This document shows positions 20,290 to 30,070 of a DNA stretch of 64,000 bases, one piece after another (within the stretch, counting starts at the first letter, position 1; every line of letters begins with the position of its first letter). The stretch is from Thalassobaculaceae bacterium. GTDB taxonomy: Bacteria; Pseudomonadota; Alphaproteobacteria; Thalassobaculales; Thalassobaculaceae. The notes under the pieces were generated by a model that was not told the origin of the DNA, searched no databases, and was given only the letters and a program-made list of their open reading frames with translations. The stretch is from the NCBI GenBank assembly GCA_965228875.1, contig OZ245843.1, positions 4,756,616 through 4,820,615 on the forward strand, given 5' to 3'. The translations under genes and the position numbers were made by a program.

Positions 20290-20434
20290 CGGCTTCTTCT
20301 CCTGTGGGGGGCCGCCATGGCATAACCGGCGCGCCCGAGGACCGACATGCCCAGGGGGGCTGTTCGGTTCCTAGATACCCGCTTCCGGCGCGCCCGCGCC
20401 ACCGCCGAACGCGCATCTTCATCGGAGTGTCAAA

Positions 20435-21184
20435 ATGGTTTCGTTCCCGAGCTTTCCCGAGGACGGCACGCGCGAGCCCGATCCCGAGGCGCCGCGCTAC
20501 GCTCTCTACGTGGCGCCGGAACCCGGATCGGCCCTCGCCGAGTTCGGGGCGGACTGGCTCGGCCGCGACTGTGTCACGGGAGAGGCGCGCACGCAGCCGG
20601 CGGTGGCGGAGTTGAGCGCCGACCGGTTGGCCGCGCTCACCGCGAGCGCGCGGATGTACGGGTTCCACGCCACGATCAAACCCCCCTTCTATCTCCGCGA
20701 CGGCCGCACCGAGGCCGATCTGGTCGATGCGTTCGCCGCCTTCGCACGGACGCGCCGGGCGTTCGAGGTGCAGTTGGGCCTGCGCTCGCTCGGCGGGTTC
20801 CTCGCCCTGATGATGACGCCCACGGACCATCGGATGAATGCGCTGGCCGCCGACGCGGTGCGCGATCTCGATGCGTTCCGCGCCTTGCCCGGAGCGGCCG
20901 AGCTGGCACGCCGCCGTGCCGCGGGCCTGTCGGCCCAGCAGGAGACGCTGCTGCAGGAGTGGGGATATCCCTACGTGATGGGCGAGTTCCGGTTTCATAT
21001 GACCCTGTCGGCGCGGCTGCCGGAGGGGCCGGAGCGCGATGCGGTCCTCGCCGCCCTGACGCCGCGGGCGGCGGCGGTGACGCAGAAGCCGTTTCGGGTG
21101 GATGCCGTCGCGCTCTACCGCCAGCCGCACCAGGGGGCGGATTTCATCCAGGTGCAGCGGTTCCCGTTCGGCTCGACGGATTAG
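20435..21184 (+). CDS. DUF1045 phosphonate-metabolism 2H-phosphoesterase-like protein
   Basis: RYALY, YGFHATIKPPF, WGYPYVMGEFRFHMTLS. Confidence 0.88.
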   Translation: MVSFPSFPEDGTREPDPEAPRYALYVAPEPGSALAEFGADWLGRDCVTGEARTQPAVAELSADRLAALTASARMYGFHATIKPPFYLRDGRTEADLVDAFAAFARTRRAFEVQLGLRSLGGFLALMMTPTDHRMNALAADAVRDLDAFRALPGAAELARRRAAGLSAQQETLLQEWGYPYVMGEFRFHMTLSARLPEGPERDAVLAALTPRAAAVTQKPFRVDAVALYRQPHQGADFIQVQRFPFGSTD

Positions 21185-22434
21185 GTGGCGGCCGCCTTCA
21201 CCAGGCCGTTGACGACGGCACAGAACGGATCCGATGAGATCAGGGCGGCATCCGGCACGCCGGCGGCCAGCGTCTCGCGCACCACCGGCAGCAGGGTGGT
21301 GCCGCCTGTCAGGACGACATGGTCGACCTCCCGAGCCTCGACGCCGGCCAGATCCAGCACGTGGCCGACGGCATCCTGCAGTGAGGCGAGTTCCAGGGCG
21401 ATGGCGCCCTGAAGGCGGGCGGCGTCGACGACCGGTGCCGTCGCCTCGTCGAGATCCGCCAGGTCCAGGGCGGCGGCCCCGCCCTCGCCAAGGGTGATCT
21501 TCAAGGCCTCGACCCTTGCCGCCAGTCGATGGCCGAGGCGGCGATCCATCACCTGGAGCAGGCGGTCGATCTTTTCCGGTTCCAGCGAAAGTCGGTGGAT
21601 CGCGGCGATCTCGGTGCGGTTCTCGCGCGAGTAGAACAGGTGGATCTTGTGCCAGGTCGCCAGGTCGGAGAAGTACTGGGCCGGCACCGGCAGAACCGCG
21701 TCCGATGTCAGGCTGCGGGTCCGCGAGCCCATGCCGAGCTGCGGCATCACCGTGTCCAGGGAGATGCGCCGATCCAGGTCGGTTCCCCCGATCCGAACAC
21801 CGAAGTTGGCCAGGATCTCGAACCGTTCCTCCGCCGGTCCGCCGCCGCCACGCCAGCGCGCCACCGAGAAGTCGGACGTGCCGCCGCCGATATCGGCCAC
21901 GAGCACGACCCGCGGCTCGTCCATCAGGTCGCCGGCATCGATCAGGGCGGCCACCGGCTCGTAGAGAAAGCGGACCTTTGCGTAGCCGGCTTCCTGCAGG
22001 ATCTCTCCCAGGTAGGCCTCGGCCTCGGCGTCGCGTTCCGGATCGTCGCTGAACCGCACCGGCCGGCCGGCGACCAGGGTCGTCAGGCGGGCGTCAGCGG
22101 CGCGTTCGACATCTGACTTCAGGTCCTGGATGAAGCGCTTCAGCAACTGTCGGAACGGCCAGGGGCGGCCGCCGAGGATCGTGCGCTCCTCCGTCAGACG
22201 GGTGCCGAGGATGCTCTTCAGCGCGCGGATGTAGCGGCCGTCATCCTCTGCGAGGAAGCAGGCCTCCGCCTGGGCGCCGAACAGGAGGGACCGCTCGTCC
22301 TCGCTCCAGAACAGGGCACTTGGCGTCACCGTGCGGCCGTCCGCGAAGCGGTGCAGCACTGGCTGCCCGTCGCGCACGTAGCCGATGGCCGAGTTCGACG
22401 TGCCGAAGTCCATACCCGCCGCGACAGGGGTCAT
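21181..22434 (-). CDS. Hsp70 family protein (YegD-like)
   Basis: GMDFGTSNS, GRPVRF, DIGGGTSDFS, LTGG. Confidence 0.88.
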   Translation of the reverse strand: MTPVAAGMDFGTSNSAIGYVRDGQPVLHRFADGRTVTPSALFWSEDERSLLFGAQAEACFLAEDDGRYIRALKSILGTRLTEERTILGGRPWPFRQLLKRFIQDLKSDVERAADARLTTLVAGRPVRFSDDPERDAEAEAYLGEILQEAGYAKVRFLYEPVAALIDAGDLMDEPRVVLVADIGGGTSDFSVARWRGGGGPAEERFEILANFGVRIGGTDLDRRISLDTVMPQLGMGSRTRSLTSDAVLPVPAQYFSDLATWHKIHLFYSRENRTEIAAIHRLSLEPEKIDRLLQVMDRRLGHRLAARVEALKITLGEGGAAALDLADLDEATAPVVDAARLQGAIALELASLQDAVGHVLDLAGVEAREVDHVVLTGGTTLLPVVRETLAAGVPDAALISSDPFCAVVNGLVKAAAT

Positions 22435-22596
22435 TGCCGTATCCTCTCCTGTGGGAGGTGCTCGAGAACATTGGTCCGGACGCGGAGCGAAGCCTCGCGG
22501 GGACGGTTTTCCGGCGGTTCGGTTGGATGAAGGAGGCGGACCCTACATCAGAAAGCCGGACGACGTGACCGGATTCGTCGCTGGTGACGGGACGGG

Positions 22597-23625
22597 TCAG
22601 ACACGTCCGGCGGCCAGCGGCGGTTCGCTGACGGTGGCCGCCAGCCGGGCGTTACCGGTCACGCCACCGATCGCCCGCTCCGCCCGTGGTGTCCGACCGA
22701 AGCACTCCCGGTAGCACTTCGAGAAGTGACTGGCCGAGACGAAGCCGCAGGCCAGCGCCACCGAGAGGATCGACATCGAGGTCTGGGTGAGCAGCTGGCG
22801 GGCGCGCTGCAGCCGGAGCGTGAGGTAGTAGCGCGTTGGCGTCGCGTTCAGGTACTTGCGGAACAGCCGCTCGAGCTGACGGGTCGACAGGCCGGCCCGC
22901 TCCGCCAGGTCGGTCTGGGTCAGCGGCTCCTCCAGGTTCGCCTCCATCTCGCTGATGACCGAGATCAGCTTCGGATGGCTCACCCCGATGCGGGCGCGCA
23001 GTTCCATGCGCTGGTGGTCGTGGGGTTCGCGGATGCGGTCGTGGATGAACTGCTCCGAGACTTGGTTGGCCAGTCCCTGGCCGTGCTGCCGGCCGATCAG
23101 GTGCAGCATCATGTCGAGCGAGGCAGTGCCACCGGAACAGGTGAAGCGGTCGCGGTCGATCTCGTACAGGTCGGAGGAGACCTCGATCTCCGGGAACTCC
23201 TCGGTGAAGCCGCCGAGATTCTCCCAGTGGATGGTGCAGCGCCGGTCGTCCAGCAGGCCGGCCTTGGCCAGAACGTGGCTGCCGGTGCACAGCGCGCCGA
23301 CCGCCCGGCCCTGGCGCGAGGCGCGGCGCAGAAAGCCCAGCACCCGCTCGTCCTCGAATTTCTGCACGTCGATACCGGCGACCACCGCGACGATCTTTTC
23401 GCGGTCGAGCTCCGCCATCGGTCCGTCGGGCACGACCTCGATGCCGTTGCTGGCCGACACCGGGTTGCCGTCCACGGTGTAGACCCGCCACTCGTACAGC
23501 GTCCGGTTGGCCATGCGATTGGCCGAACGCAGCGGCTCCACCGCCGAGGCGAAGGCCATCATCGAGAAATTGCGGACGAGCAGGAAACCGATGTGTGTCG
23601 GAATCTCGTTCGGATCATCAAACAT
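22597..23625 (-). CDS. GlxA/GbdR family AraC transcriptional regulator
   Basis: EPLRSANR, CTG, TIHWEN GATase-like domain plus RQLERLF...CGFVSASHFSKCYR HTH. Confidence 0.92.
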   Translation of the reverse strand: MFDDPNEIPTHIGFLLVRNFSMMAFASAVEPLRSANRMANRTLYEWRVYTVDGNPVSASNGIEVVPDGPMAELDREKIVAVVAGIDVQKFEDERVLGFLRRASRQGRAVGALCTGSHVLAKAGLLDDRRCTIHWENLGGFTEEFPEIEVSSDLYEIDRDRFTCSGGTASLDMMLHLIGRQHGQGLANQVSEQFIHDRIREPHDHQRMELRARIGVSHPKLISVISEMEANLEEPLTQTDLAERAGLSTRQLERLFRKYLNATPTRYYLTLRLQRARQLLTQTSMSILSVALACGFVSASHFSKCYRECFGRTPRAERAIGGVTGNARLAATVSEPPLAAGRV

Positions 23626-23880
23626 CGCGAGACCGCACTCCCAGCTAGCCTCCTTGGACGCTTTGACGGCCCCGGTGCATGACCAGCAGGTGTCGGGCCG
23701 AGAATACTGCGATTCTCCGCGAGGGCGCATTCACAAAATGCCGGGACGCGCGGGAAAACGGTTAACGCCGCATGCACTTACCGACATGGAGGGTGCGGGA
23801 ATTCCCGTGCCCCGTCCGTCGCCCCGGCGACCGCGTGCTCGGCCGGCACAGCGCCGATGTCGGCCCTGGACCAGCGCCCG

Positions 23881-24609
23881 CTACACGCCCACATCGCCGA
23901 CCAGGCCGCGCAGCAGATGGCCGACGCCATAGGCGAGCCCGGCGGCGGCGAGGCCGATGGCAAGCGTCTCCGCCCCCGAGCGCCACCACGGCGCCAGCGA
24001 CCATTTCGCCTTGGCCGAGCCGATGGCGAAGAACACCGCCGCCGTGACCGCCGTCGACAGCGCGAACCCGCCGCCGGCCATGTACGGGATCAGCGGCACC
24101 AGACCGCAGACCACGAAGGCCGAGAAGGTGACCCAGGCGGCGGTCCAGGGCGAGCGCACCACCGGGGCGAGGCCGTGCTCCTCGACCAGCATGGTCTGCA
24201 CCCAGCGATCCTCGTCGGCGGTGATGGTCTCCACCGCCCGTTCCAGCGCCCGGCCCTTGAAGCCCTTGGCGGCGAAGATCTGGCGGATCTCCTCGCGCTC
24301 GCCGTCCGGCTCTGCGGCGATGTGGCGGTGCTCCATGGCCAGCACCCGGGCGGCCTCGTCCTTCTCGGCCTTGGTGCCGGAATAGTTGGCGGCGGCCATG
24401 GAGAAGCCGTCGGCGATCAGGTTGGCGAAGCCGAGGATCAGGATCACCGCGACCGACAGCTCCGCCCCGGCCACCCCGGCGACGATGGCGAAGGTCGTCA
24501 CCGCGCCGTCGATCCCGCCATAGATCCAGTCGCGCAGATACAGCGCCTCCGGCCGTGCCGCGATGCGCGCACGGATCGAGGCGGGATCATGGGCGTGCTC
24601 GAGCTTCAT
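23881..24609 (-). CDS. VIT1/CCC1 family Fe/Mn transporter
   Basis: LRDWIYGGIDGAVTTFAIVAG, ANLIADGFSMA, EREEIRQI. Confidence 0.92.
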   Translation of the reverse strand: MKLEHAHDPASIRARIAARPEALYLRDWIYGGIDGAVTTFAIVAGVAGAELSVAVILILGFANLIADGFSMAAANYSGTKAEKDEAARVLAMEHRHIAAEPDGEREEIRQIFAAKGFKGRALERAVETITADEDRWVQTMLVEEHGLAPVVRSPWTAAWVTFSAFVVCGLVPLIPYMAGGGFALSTAVTAAVFFAIGSAKAKWSLAPWWRSGAETLAIGLAAAGLAYGVGHLLRGLVGDVGV

Positions 24610-24668
24610 GGGAGGAGGATAGCGCAGAGCGGACGCGGCGTGTGGGAAGTCGCACCTTCGCGGGATGC

Positions 24669-24685
24669 GGGTGGGTGGGGTAGGG
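24669..24685 (+). other. G-quadruplex-forming motif
   Basis: GGGTGGGTGGGGTAGGG: four G3+ runs with 1-2 nt loops. Confidence 0.6.
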
Positions 24686-24727
24686 TGTACAGCCATGTCT
24701 GTGCGGGCATGTCTGTACGGGGGGCGG

Positions 24728-27700
24728 ATGGACCGGGAGAAGCAGCTTCAGTTCGCGCATACCGTCGGCAAGGTCACGCTCGATATCCTGAGCGCCGCCG
24801 GCATCGGCATTCCGGTCGGCACGGTCGCAGACAAGTTCGTCGACTATCTGAGCCGGAAGATCCGCGAGCAGGACGCGGCCGCCGCCGGCGACGCCTCGGC
24901 GCGCGCCGCCGTCAGAGACCTGGCGATGGCGGCGTTCCGGAAGCCGATCCCGCCGGAACGCCTGATGCGCGGCTCCGAGGCGACGCTGCTCCGCGCGGAA
25001 CGCAAGATCGTCCCCTTCGCCGGGCGGGACGGGGCGTTGGCCGAGTTCGACCGCTGGTTCGACGACGACGCGCCGATGAAGTGGCGGCTCCTCACCGGCC
25101 CCTCCGGGCGGGGCAAGACCCGCTTCATGCAGCACGTCGTGGAGACCTACGGCGAGGCGCGGGGTGGCAGGTTGCTTGCCGGGTTCATCGATCTGGACGG
25201 GCTGTCGCAGACGCCGGAAGCCCTCGCCGGCTTCCTCTCCCATGAAGGCGAGATCCTGATCGTCGTCGACTATGCCGAGCGGGCGCGGGCGCAGACCAGG
25301 GCGATCCTGAAGCTGGCGCTCGCCCTGATGCAGGCCGCCGACGCCGGGGCGGCGGTGAAGGTGCGCGTCGTCCTGATCGCGCGCGGGCTCTCCGAGGTGT
25401 GGGAGCAGATCGGCATCGAGGACGAGGCGATCGGCGCCGTCATGAACAGCACGGAAGGGCTGTTCGATACGGAGGAACTGACGCCGCTGGCCGATACGCC
25501 GGAGTCGCGGCGGCTCGAATTCGTCCGCGCCCATGTCGCTTTCGACAAGGTGTTGAACCTCAACGCCTCTGCCGAGGGGCGGGCGCCGGCGGAGAAGGAG
25601 ATTCCGTCCCTGGCACCGAAGCCGCCGCGCGACGATTTCCGGGAAGCGGTGATGATCCACCTCGCCGCCCTCGCCGCGGTCCAGGGAGGAATGCGGGCCG
25701 AGGAGATGACGGACACGCGGCTGCTCGACTGGATCGTCAACCGGGAGCGGCGCGAATGGCTGAAGCGCGCCGAGGGCGTGCTGTCCCTGCCGGAGGCGGT
25801 ACGGCGCCGGGCGCTGGACGAGGCGGTGGGCATCGTCACCCTGGCCGCCGCAGCCTCGCAGGAGCCGGACGAGGCGCGGGTGACGGAGCTGCTCGTCGCC
25901 TGTCCCCGGCTGTCCGAGTGCGCGACCGGAGAGCGCGAGGCGGTGGCGATCATGCTCCACGACCTGCATCCGGGGGAGGGCGGACCGATCGGCCTGACGC
26001 CGGATCTGGTGGGAACGTATTTCCTCGGCCGGCTGGAGGCCGGCTTCTTCACCTCCGCCTTCGCGCGACTGAACGAACAGGAGGCGACCAACGGCCTCAC
26101 CAAGCTCAACTGGCTGGCCCAGGGATGGCGGGAGCCGGGAGAGCGGGCGAATCCGCTCGGCGTGGACCGGATCCGGGCGGCGATCGCCGGCAACCCGGAA
26201 CTGGCCTTGCCGGTCGTGATCGACGTCGCCCAGCAGTCGGGCGATCCCATCGGCGCCGTCGCCGCCGACATCGTCCGAGACCTGAACGACGCGACCGTGG
26301 CCCGGCATCTGGAGCAGACGCGCGGCTTCCCGGAGAGGACCGTGGCCCTGCGGGAACTGGCGGTGGCGGTCGAGACGATCCTGTTCGAGCAGGAGAGCGG
26401 CGAACGGTCGGAGGAGGGGCGGATCCGGCGCGCCTGCCGCGCCAACAACCTGTCGAACCGTCTCGGGGATCTCGGTCGGCGGGAGGCGGCGCTGGCGGCG
26501 ATCGAGGAGGCGGTGGCGCTGGACCGCGAGCTTGCGACGACTCGTCCCGACGCCTTCACCTCTGACCTCGCGCAATCGCTCAACAACCTGTCGAACTGTC
26601 TCGCGGATCTCGGCCGTCGGGAGGCGGCGCTGGCGGCGATCGAGGAGGCGGTGGGGCTGCGACGCGCGCTTGCGGCGGCGCGTCCCGACGCGTTCGTTCC
26701 CGAATTGGCAATCTCGCTCAACAACCTGTCGGGCTGTCTCGCGGATCTCGGTCGGCGGGAGGCGGCGCTGGCGGCGATCGAGGAAGCGGTGGCGCTCTAC
26801 CGCGCGCTTGCGGCGGCGCGTCCCGACGCCTTCGTTCCCGAATTGGCAACCTCGCTCAACAACCTGTCGAACCGGCTCTCGGATCTCGGCCGGCGGGAGG
26901 CGGCGCTGGCGGCGATCGAGGAGGCGGTGGGGCTGCGACGCGCGCTTGCGGCGGCGCGTCCCGACGCGTTCACCCCCGTTCTAGCAATTTCGCTCAACAA
27001 CCTGTCAAACCGTCTCGCGGCTCTCGACCGGCGGGAGGAGGCGCTGGCGGCGATCGAGGAGGCGGTGGCGCTCTATCGCGCGCTTGCGGCGGCGCGTCCC
27101 GACGCCTTCGTTCCCGAATTGGCAACCTCGCTCAACAACCTGTCGGGCCGTCTCTCGGATCTCGACCGGCGGGAGGCGGCGCTGGCGGCGATCGAGGAGG
27201 CGGTGGGGCTGCGACGCGCGCTTGCGGCGGCGCGTCCCGACGCGTTCACCCCCGTTCTAGCAAATTCGCTCAACAACCTTTCGGGCCGTCTCTCGGATCT
27301 CGGCCGTCGGGAGGAGGCGCTGGCGGCGATCGAGGAGGCGGTGGCGCTCTACCGCGCGCTTGCGGCGGCGCGTCCCGACGCCTTCACCCCCGGTCTGGCG
27401 GATTCCCTGCAGAACATGGCCCAACGATTGGCCGAACTGGATCGGCTCGAAGAGGGGCTCCAGTGTGTCACGGAGACGGAAGCGATCTATCGCGAACTGG
27501 CCGCATCGCTTCCCGGGGCGTTCACCGGTGACTGGGCCTGGGCGCTGGCCGTCCAGGGGGAAATCATTCTCGCGGCGGACCGGGCGGATGAAGCGGTCGA
27601 GGCGCTCGCCCAGGGCCTGACGATCGTGCGCGAGCAGTTCCAGCGACTGCCGCAGGCCTTTGCCTTCGTTCCTCACTACCTTCAGGTCTACCTCTCCGCC

Positions 27701-27775
27701 TGCGAGGCCGCCGGTATCGAGCCGGACGAGGACGTGGTCGACCCCATCCGCCAGACCCTCCGCCCCACCCCCTGA
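24728..27775 (+). CDS. STAND-type P-loop NTPase with C-terminal TPR array (NLR-like)
   Basis: FAGRD, Walker A GPSGRGKT, Walker B LIVVDYAE, VLIAR sensor, PDLVG, followed by SLNNLS TPR repeats. Confidence 0.85.
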   Translation: MDREKQLQFAHTVGKVTLDILSAAGIGIPVGTVADKFVDYLSRKIREQDAAAAGDASARAAVRDLAMAAFRKPIPPERLMRGSEATLLRAERKIVPFAGRDGALAEFDRWFDDDAPMKWRLLTGPSGRGKTRFMQHVVETYGEARGGRLLAGFIDLDGLSQTPEALAGFLSHEGEILIVVDYAERARAQTRAILKLALALMQAADAGAAVKVRVVLIARGLSEVWEQIGIEDEAIGAVMNSTEGLFDTEELTPLADTPESRRLEFVRAHVAFDKVLNLNASAEGRAPAEKEIPSLAPKPPRDDFREAVMIHLAALAAVQGGMRAEEMTDTRLLDWIVNRERREWLKRAEGVLSLPEAVRRRALDEAVGIVTLAAAASQEPDEARVTELLVACPRLSECATGEREAVAIMLHDLHPGEGGPIGLTPDLVGTYFLGRLEAGFFTSAFARLNEQEATNGLTKLNWLAQGWREPGERANPLGVDRIRAAIAGNPELALPVVIDVAQQSGDPIGAVAADIVRDLNDATVARHLEQTRGFPERTVALRELAVAVETILFEQESGERSEEGRIRRACRANNLSNRLGDLGRREAALAAIEEAVALDRELATTRPDAFTSDLAQSLNNLSNCLADLGRREAALAAIEEAVGLRRALAAARPDAFVPELAISLNNLSGCLADLGRREAALAAIEEAVALYRALAAARPDAFVPELATSLNNLSNRLSDLGRREAALAAIEEAVGLRRALAAARPDAFTPVLAISLNNLSNRLAALDRREEALAAIEEAVALYRALAAARPDAFVPELATSLNNLSGRLSDLDRREAALAAIEEAVGLRRALAAARPDAFTPVLANSLNNLSGRLSDLGRREEALAAIEEAVALYRALAAARPDAFTPGLADSLQNMAQRLAELDRLEEGLQCVTETEAIYRELAASLPGAFTGDWAWALAVQGEIILAADRADEAVEALAQGLTIVREQFQRLPQAFAFVPHYLQVYLSACEAAGIEPDEDVVDPIRQTLRPTP
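26444..27409 (+). repeat. Seven tandem 138-bp (46-aa) near-identical TPR repeats, followed by a degenerate unit
   Basis: AACAACCT units start at 26444, 26582, 26720, 26858, 26996, 27134 and 27272. Confidence 0.95.
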
Positions 27776-27782
27776 CGCCCCC
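27756..27782 (-). other. G-quadruplex-forming motif at the 3' end of the NLR-like gene
   Basis: Minus strand reads GGGGG-CGTCA-GGGGG-T-GGGG-CGGA-GGG. Confidence 0.5.
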
Positions 27783-27903
27783 AAGTCCTAGAGTGTCGCA
27801 ATTCGGCAACCACATCCCCGGGCGTAGCCGCTAGTCTCCGTCGGTCACGTCAATCGCCCCATCGGAACGAGCGATGGGGGCAGCCCGAAGGGAGGGGCCG
27901 GCC

Positions 27904-29577
27904 ATGGTGAAGTCCGATATCGAGATCGCCCGCGAGGCCAAGATGCAGCCGATCATGGAGATCGGCGCCAAGCTCGGCATCGCGCCCGAGCACCTCATGC
28001 CCTACGGCCACACCAAGGCGAAGATCGATCTCGGCTATATCGACAGCCTGTCGGGCAACCCCGACGGCAAGCTGATCCTGGTCACCGGCATCAACCCGAC
28101 CGCGGCCGGCGAGGGCAAGACCACCACCACTGTCGGCCTCGGCGACGCGCTGAACCGGATCGGCAAGAAGGCGGCCATGTGCCTGCGCGAGCCGTCGCTC
28201 GGCCCGTGTTTCGGGGTCAAGGGCGGGGCGGCCGGCGGCGGCTACGCCCAGGTGGTGCCGATGGAGGATATCAACCTCCACTTCACCGGCGACTTCCACG
28301 CCATCGCGGCGGCCAATAACCTGCTGGCGGCGCTGATCGACAACCACGTCTACTGGGGCAATGCGGTCGGGCTCGACCCGCGGCGCATCGGCTGGCGCCG
28401 GACGCTGGACATGAACGACCGGGCGCTGCGCTCCATCGTCAACTCGCTCGGCGGCGTGGCCAACGGCTTCCCGCGCGAGGACGGGTTCGACATTGTCGTC
28501 GCCTCGGAGATCATGGCGATCCTGTGCCTGTCGACCTCGCTCGACGACCTCAAGCGCCGGCTCGGCCAGATCGTCGTCGGCCAGACCCGCGAGCGCGAGC
28601 AGGTCTTCGCCCGCCAGCTCGAGGCCGACGGGGCGATGACCGTGCTGCTGAAGGACGCGCTGTCGCCGAACCTGGTGCAGACCCTGGAGAATAACCCGGC
28701 CTTCATCCATGGCGGCCCGTTCGCCAACATCGCCCATGGCTGCAACTCGGTGATGGCGACCCAGACCGCGCTGAAGCTCGCCGACTATGTCGTGACGGAG
28801 GCCGGGTTCGGCGCCGATCTGGGGGCGGAGAAGTTCTTCGATATCAAGTGCCGCAAGGCCGGGCTGTCGCCGGCGGCGGCGGTGGTGGTCGGCACCGTGC
28901 GGGCGCTGAAGATGCATGGCGGTGTCGCCAAGGAGGACCTGGGCACCGAGAACATCGACGCGGTGCGCAAGGGCGTGTCCAACATTGCCCGCCACGTGGA
29001 GAACACCCAGAAGTTCGGCGTGCCGGTGGCCGTCGCCCTCAACCGCTTCATCACCGATACCGACGCCGAGATCGCGGCGGTGCGCGAGGAGCTGTCGTCG
29101 CTCGGCGTCGACGCGATCGAGTGCACCCACTGGGCCGACGGCTCCGCCGGGACCGAGGCGCTGGCCCATCACGTGGTCGGCCTGGTCGAGGGCGGGACGG
29201 CGGCGTTCAAGCCGCTCTACGGCGACGAGCTCGGCCTGAAGGACAAGATCCGCACCATCGCCAAGGAGATCTACCGGGCCGACGACGTGTCGTTCGAGGG
29301 CAAGGCGTCGACCGCCATCGCCGATATCGAGAAGAACGGCGGCGGGTCCTATCCGGTGTGCATCGCCAAGACCCAGTACAGCTTCTCCACCGATCCCAAC
29401 GCCAAGGGCGCGCCGACCGGCCACACCCTGCCGGTGCGTGAGGTGCGGCTGTCCAACGGGGCGGAGTTCGTGGTCGCGGTCTGCGGCGAGATCATGACCA
29501 TGCCGGGCCTGCCCCGCGTCCCGGCGGCGAACAAGATCACCCTGAACGATGCCGGCCAGATCGAAGGACTGTTCTAA
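27904..29577 (+). CDS. fhs: Formate--tetrahydrofolate ligase
   Basis: [50 protein letters not shown]. Confidence 0.97.
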   Translation: MVKSDIEIAREAKMQPIMEIGAKLGIAPEHLMPYGHTKAKIDLGYIDSLSGNPDGKLILVTGINPTAAGEGKTTTTVGLGDALNRIGKKAAMCLREPSLGPCFGVKGGAAGGGYAQVVPMEDINLHFTGDFHAIAAANNLLAALIDNHVYWGNAVGLDPRRIGWRRTLDMNDRALRSIVNSLGGVANGFPREDGFDIVVASEIMAILCLSTSLDDLKRRLGQIVVGQTREREQVFARQLEADGAMTVLLKDALSPNLVQTLENNPAFIHGGPFANIAHGCNSVMATQTALKLADYVVTEAGFGADLGAEKFFDIKCRKAGLSPAAAVVVGTVRALKMHGGVAKEDLGTENIDAVRKGVSNIARHVENTQKFGVPVAVALNRFITDTDAEIAAVREELSSLGVDAIECTHWADGSAGTEALAHHVVGLVEGGTAAFKPLYGDELGLKDKIRTIAKEIYRADDVSFEGKASTAIADIEKNGGGSYPVCIAKTQYSFSTDPNAKGAPTGHTLPVREVRLSNGAEFVVAVCGEIMTMPGLPRVPAANKITLNDAGQIEGLF

Positions 29578-30070
29578 AGCGGGCACGATCCGGGCGCTGG
29601 CGGGGGCGGCGGCGGAGGCCGTCCGCCTGTTCCTGCCGGCGCTGTTCCCGTCGTGGCGGTTCTTCGACGCGATCGGCCCCTCGCCGCGCCTCGAGATCGC
29701 CCGTCTGCGCGCCGCGTCGGATGAACCGGACCATTGGGCCGAGGCCCGGCCGCTGCGCCGGCGTCTCGGTCTGGCCGACTGTCTGGGGAGCTTCTTCTGG
29801 AATCCGCGCTGGAACGAGACGCTATTCCTGGTCACCTGCGCCGAGCAGGCGATCAGGGCCGATTTCGACCCGGACGACCACGGCATCCGGGAGATCCGCG
29901 ACCGCCTGCGGGCCGATCTGCGGGGCGAGGACGAGGGCGACGGCGCGGCGCCCTGGTTCCGTTTCCGTATCCTGCTGTTGAGTCGGGACGGCGACACGGT
30001 GCGGCGGGACGCCGTATACACCTCGCCGCCTTATCCCGTCGCTTCGTCGGCAGCGGATGAGGGGCCGTGA
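29549..30070 (+). CDS. Hypothetical protein (HTTM partner)
   Basis: LFPSWRFFD motif; GTGA overlap with the downstream HTTM gene; start uncertain. Confidence 0.65.
   Translation: MPARSKDCSKAGTIRALAGAAAEAVRLFLPALFPSWRFFDAIGPSPRLEIARLRAASDEPDHWAEARPLRRRLGLADCLGSFFWNPRWNETLFLVTCAEQAIRADFDPDDHGIREIRDRLRADLRGEDEGDGAAPWFRFRILLLSRDGDTVRRDAVYTSPPYPVASSAADEGP

Noticed and set aside
22435..22470. RNA thermometer upstream of the Hsp70-like gene
   Set aside because: Only a 4-bp CTCC/GGAG stem over the SD, with no ROSE or fourU signature
26444..27409. CRISPR array or DGR template/variable repeat
   Set aside because: Units are contiguous in-frame 138-bp coding repeats without unique spacers; there is no cas or reverse transcriptase gene; differences are not confined to adenines
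27790..27903. ZTP (pfl) or THF riboswitch upstream of fhs
   Set aside because: Only a simple CCCCATCG/CGATGGGG hairpin is present; conserved ZTP elements (GACUGGCG, CGCCUGGG) were not found
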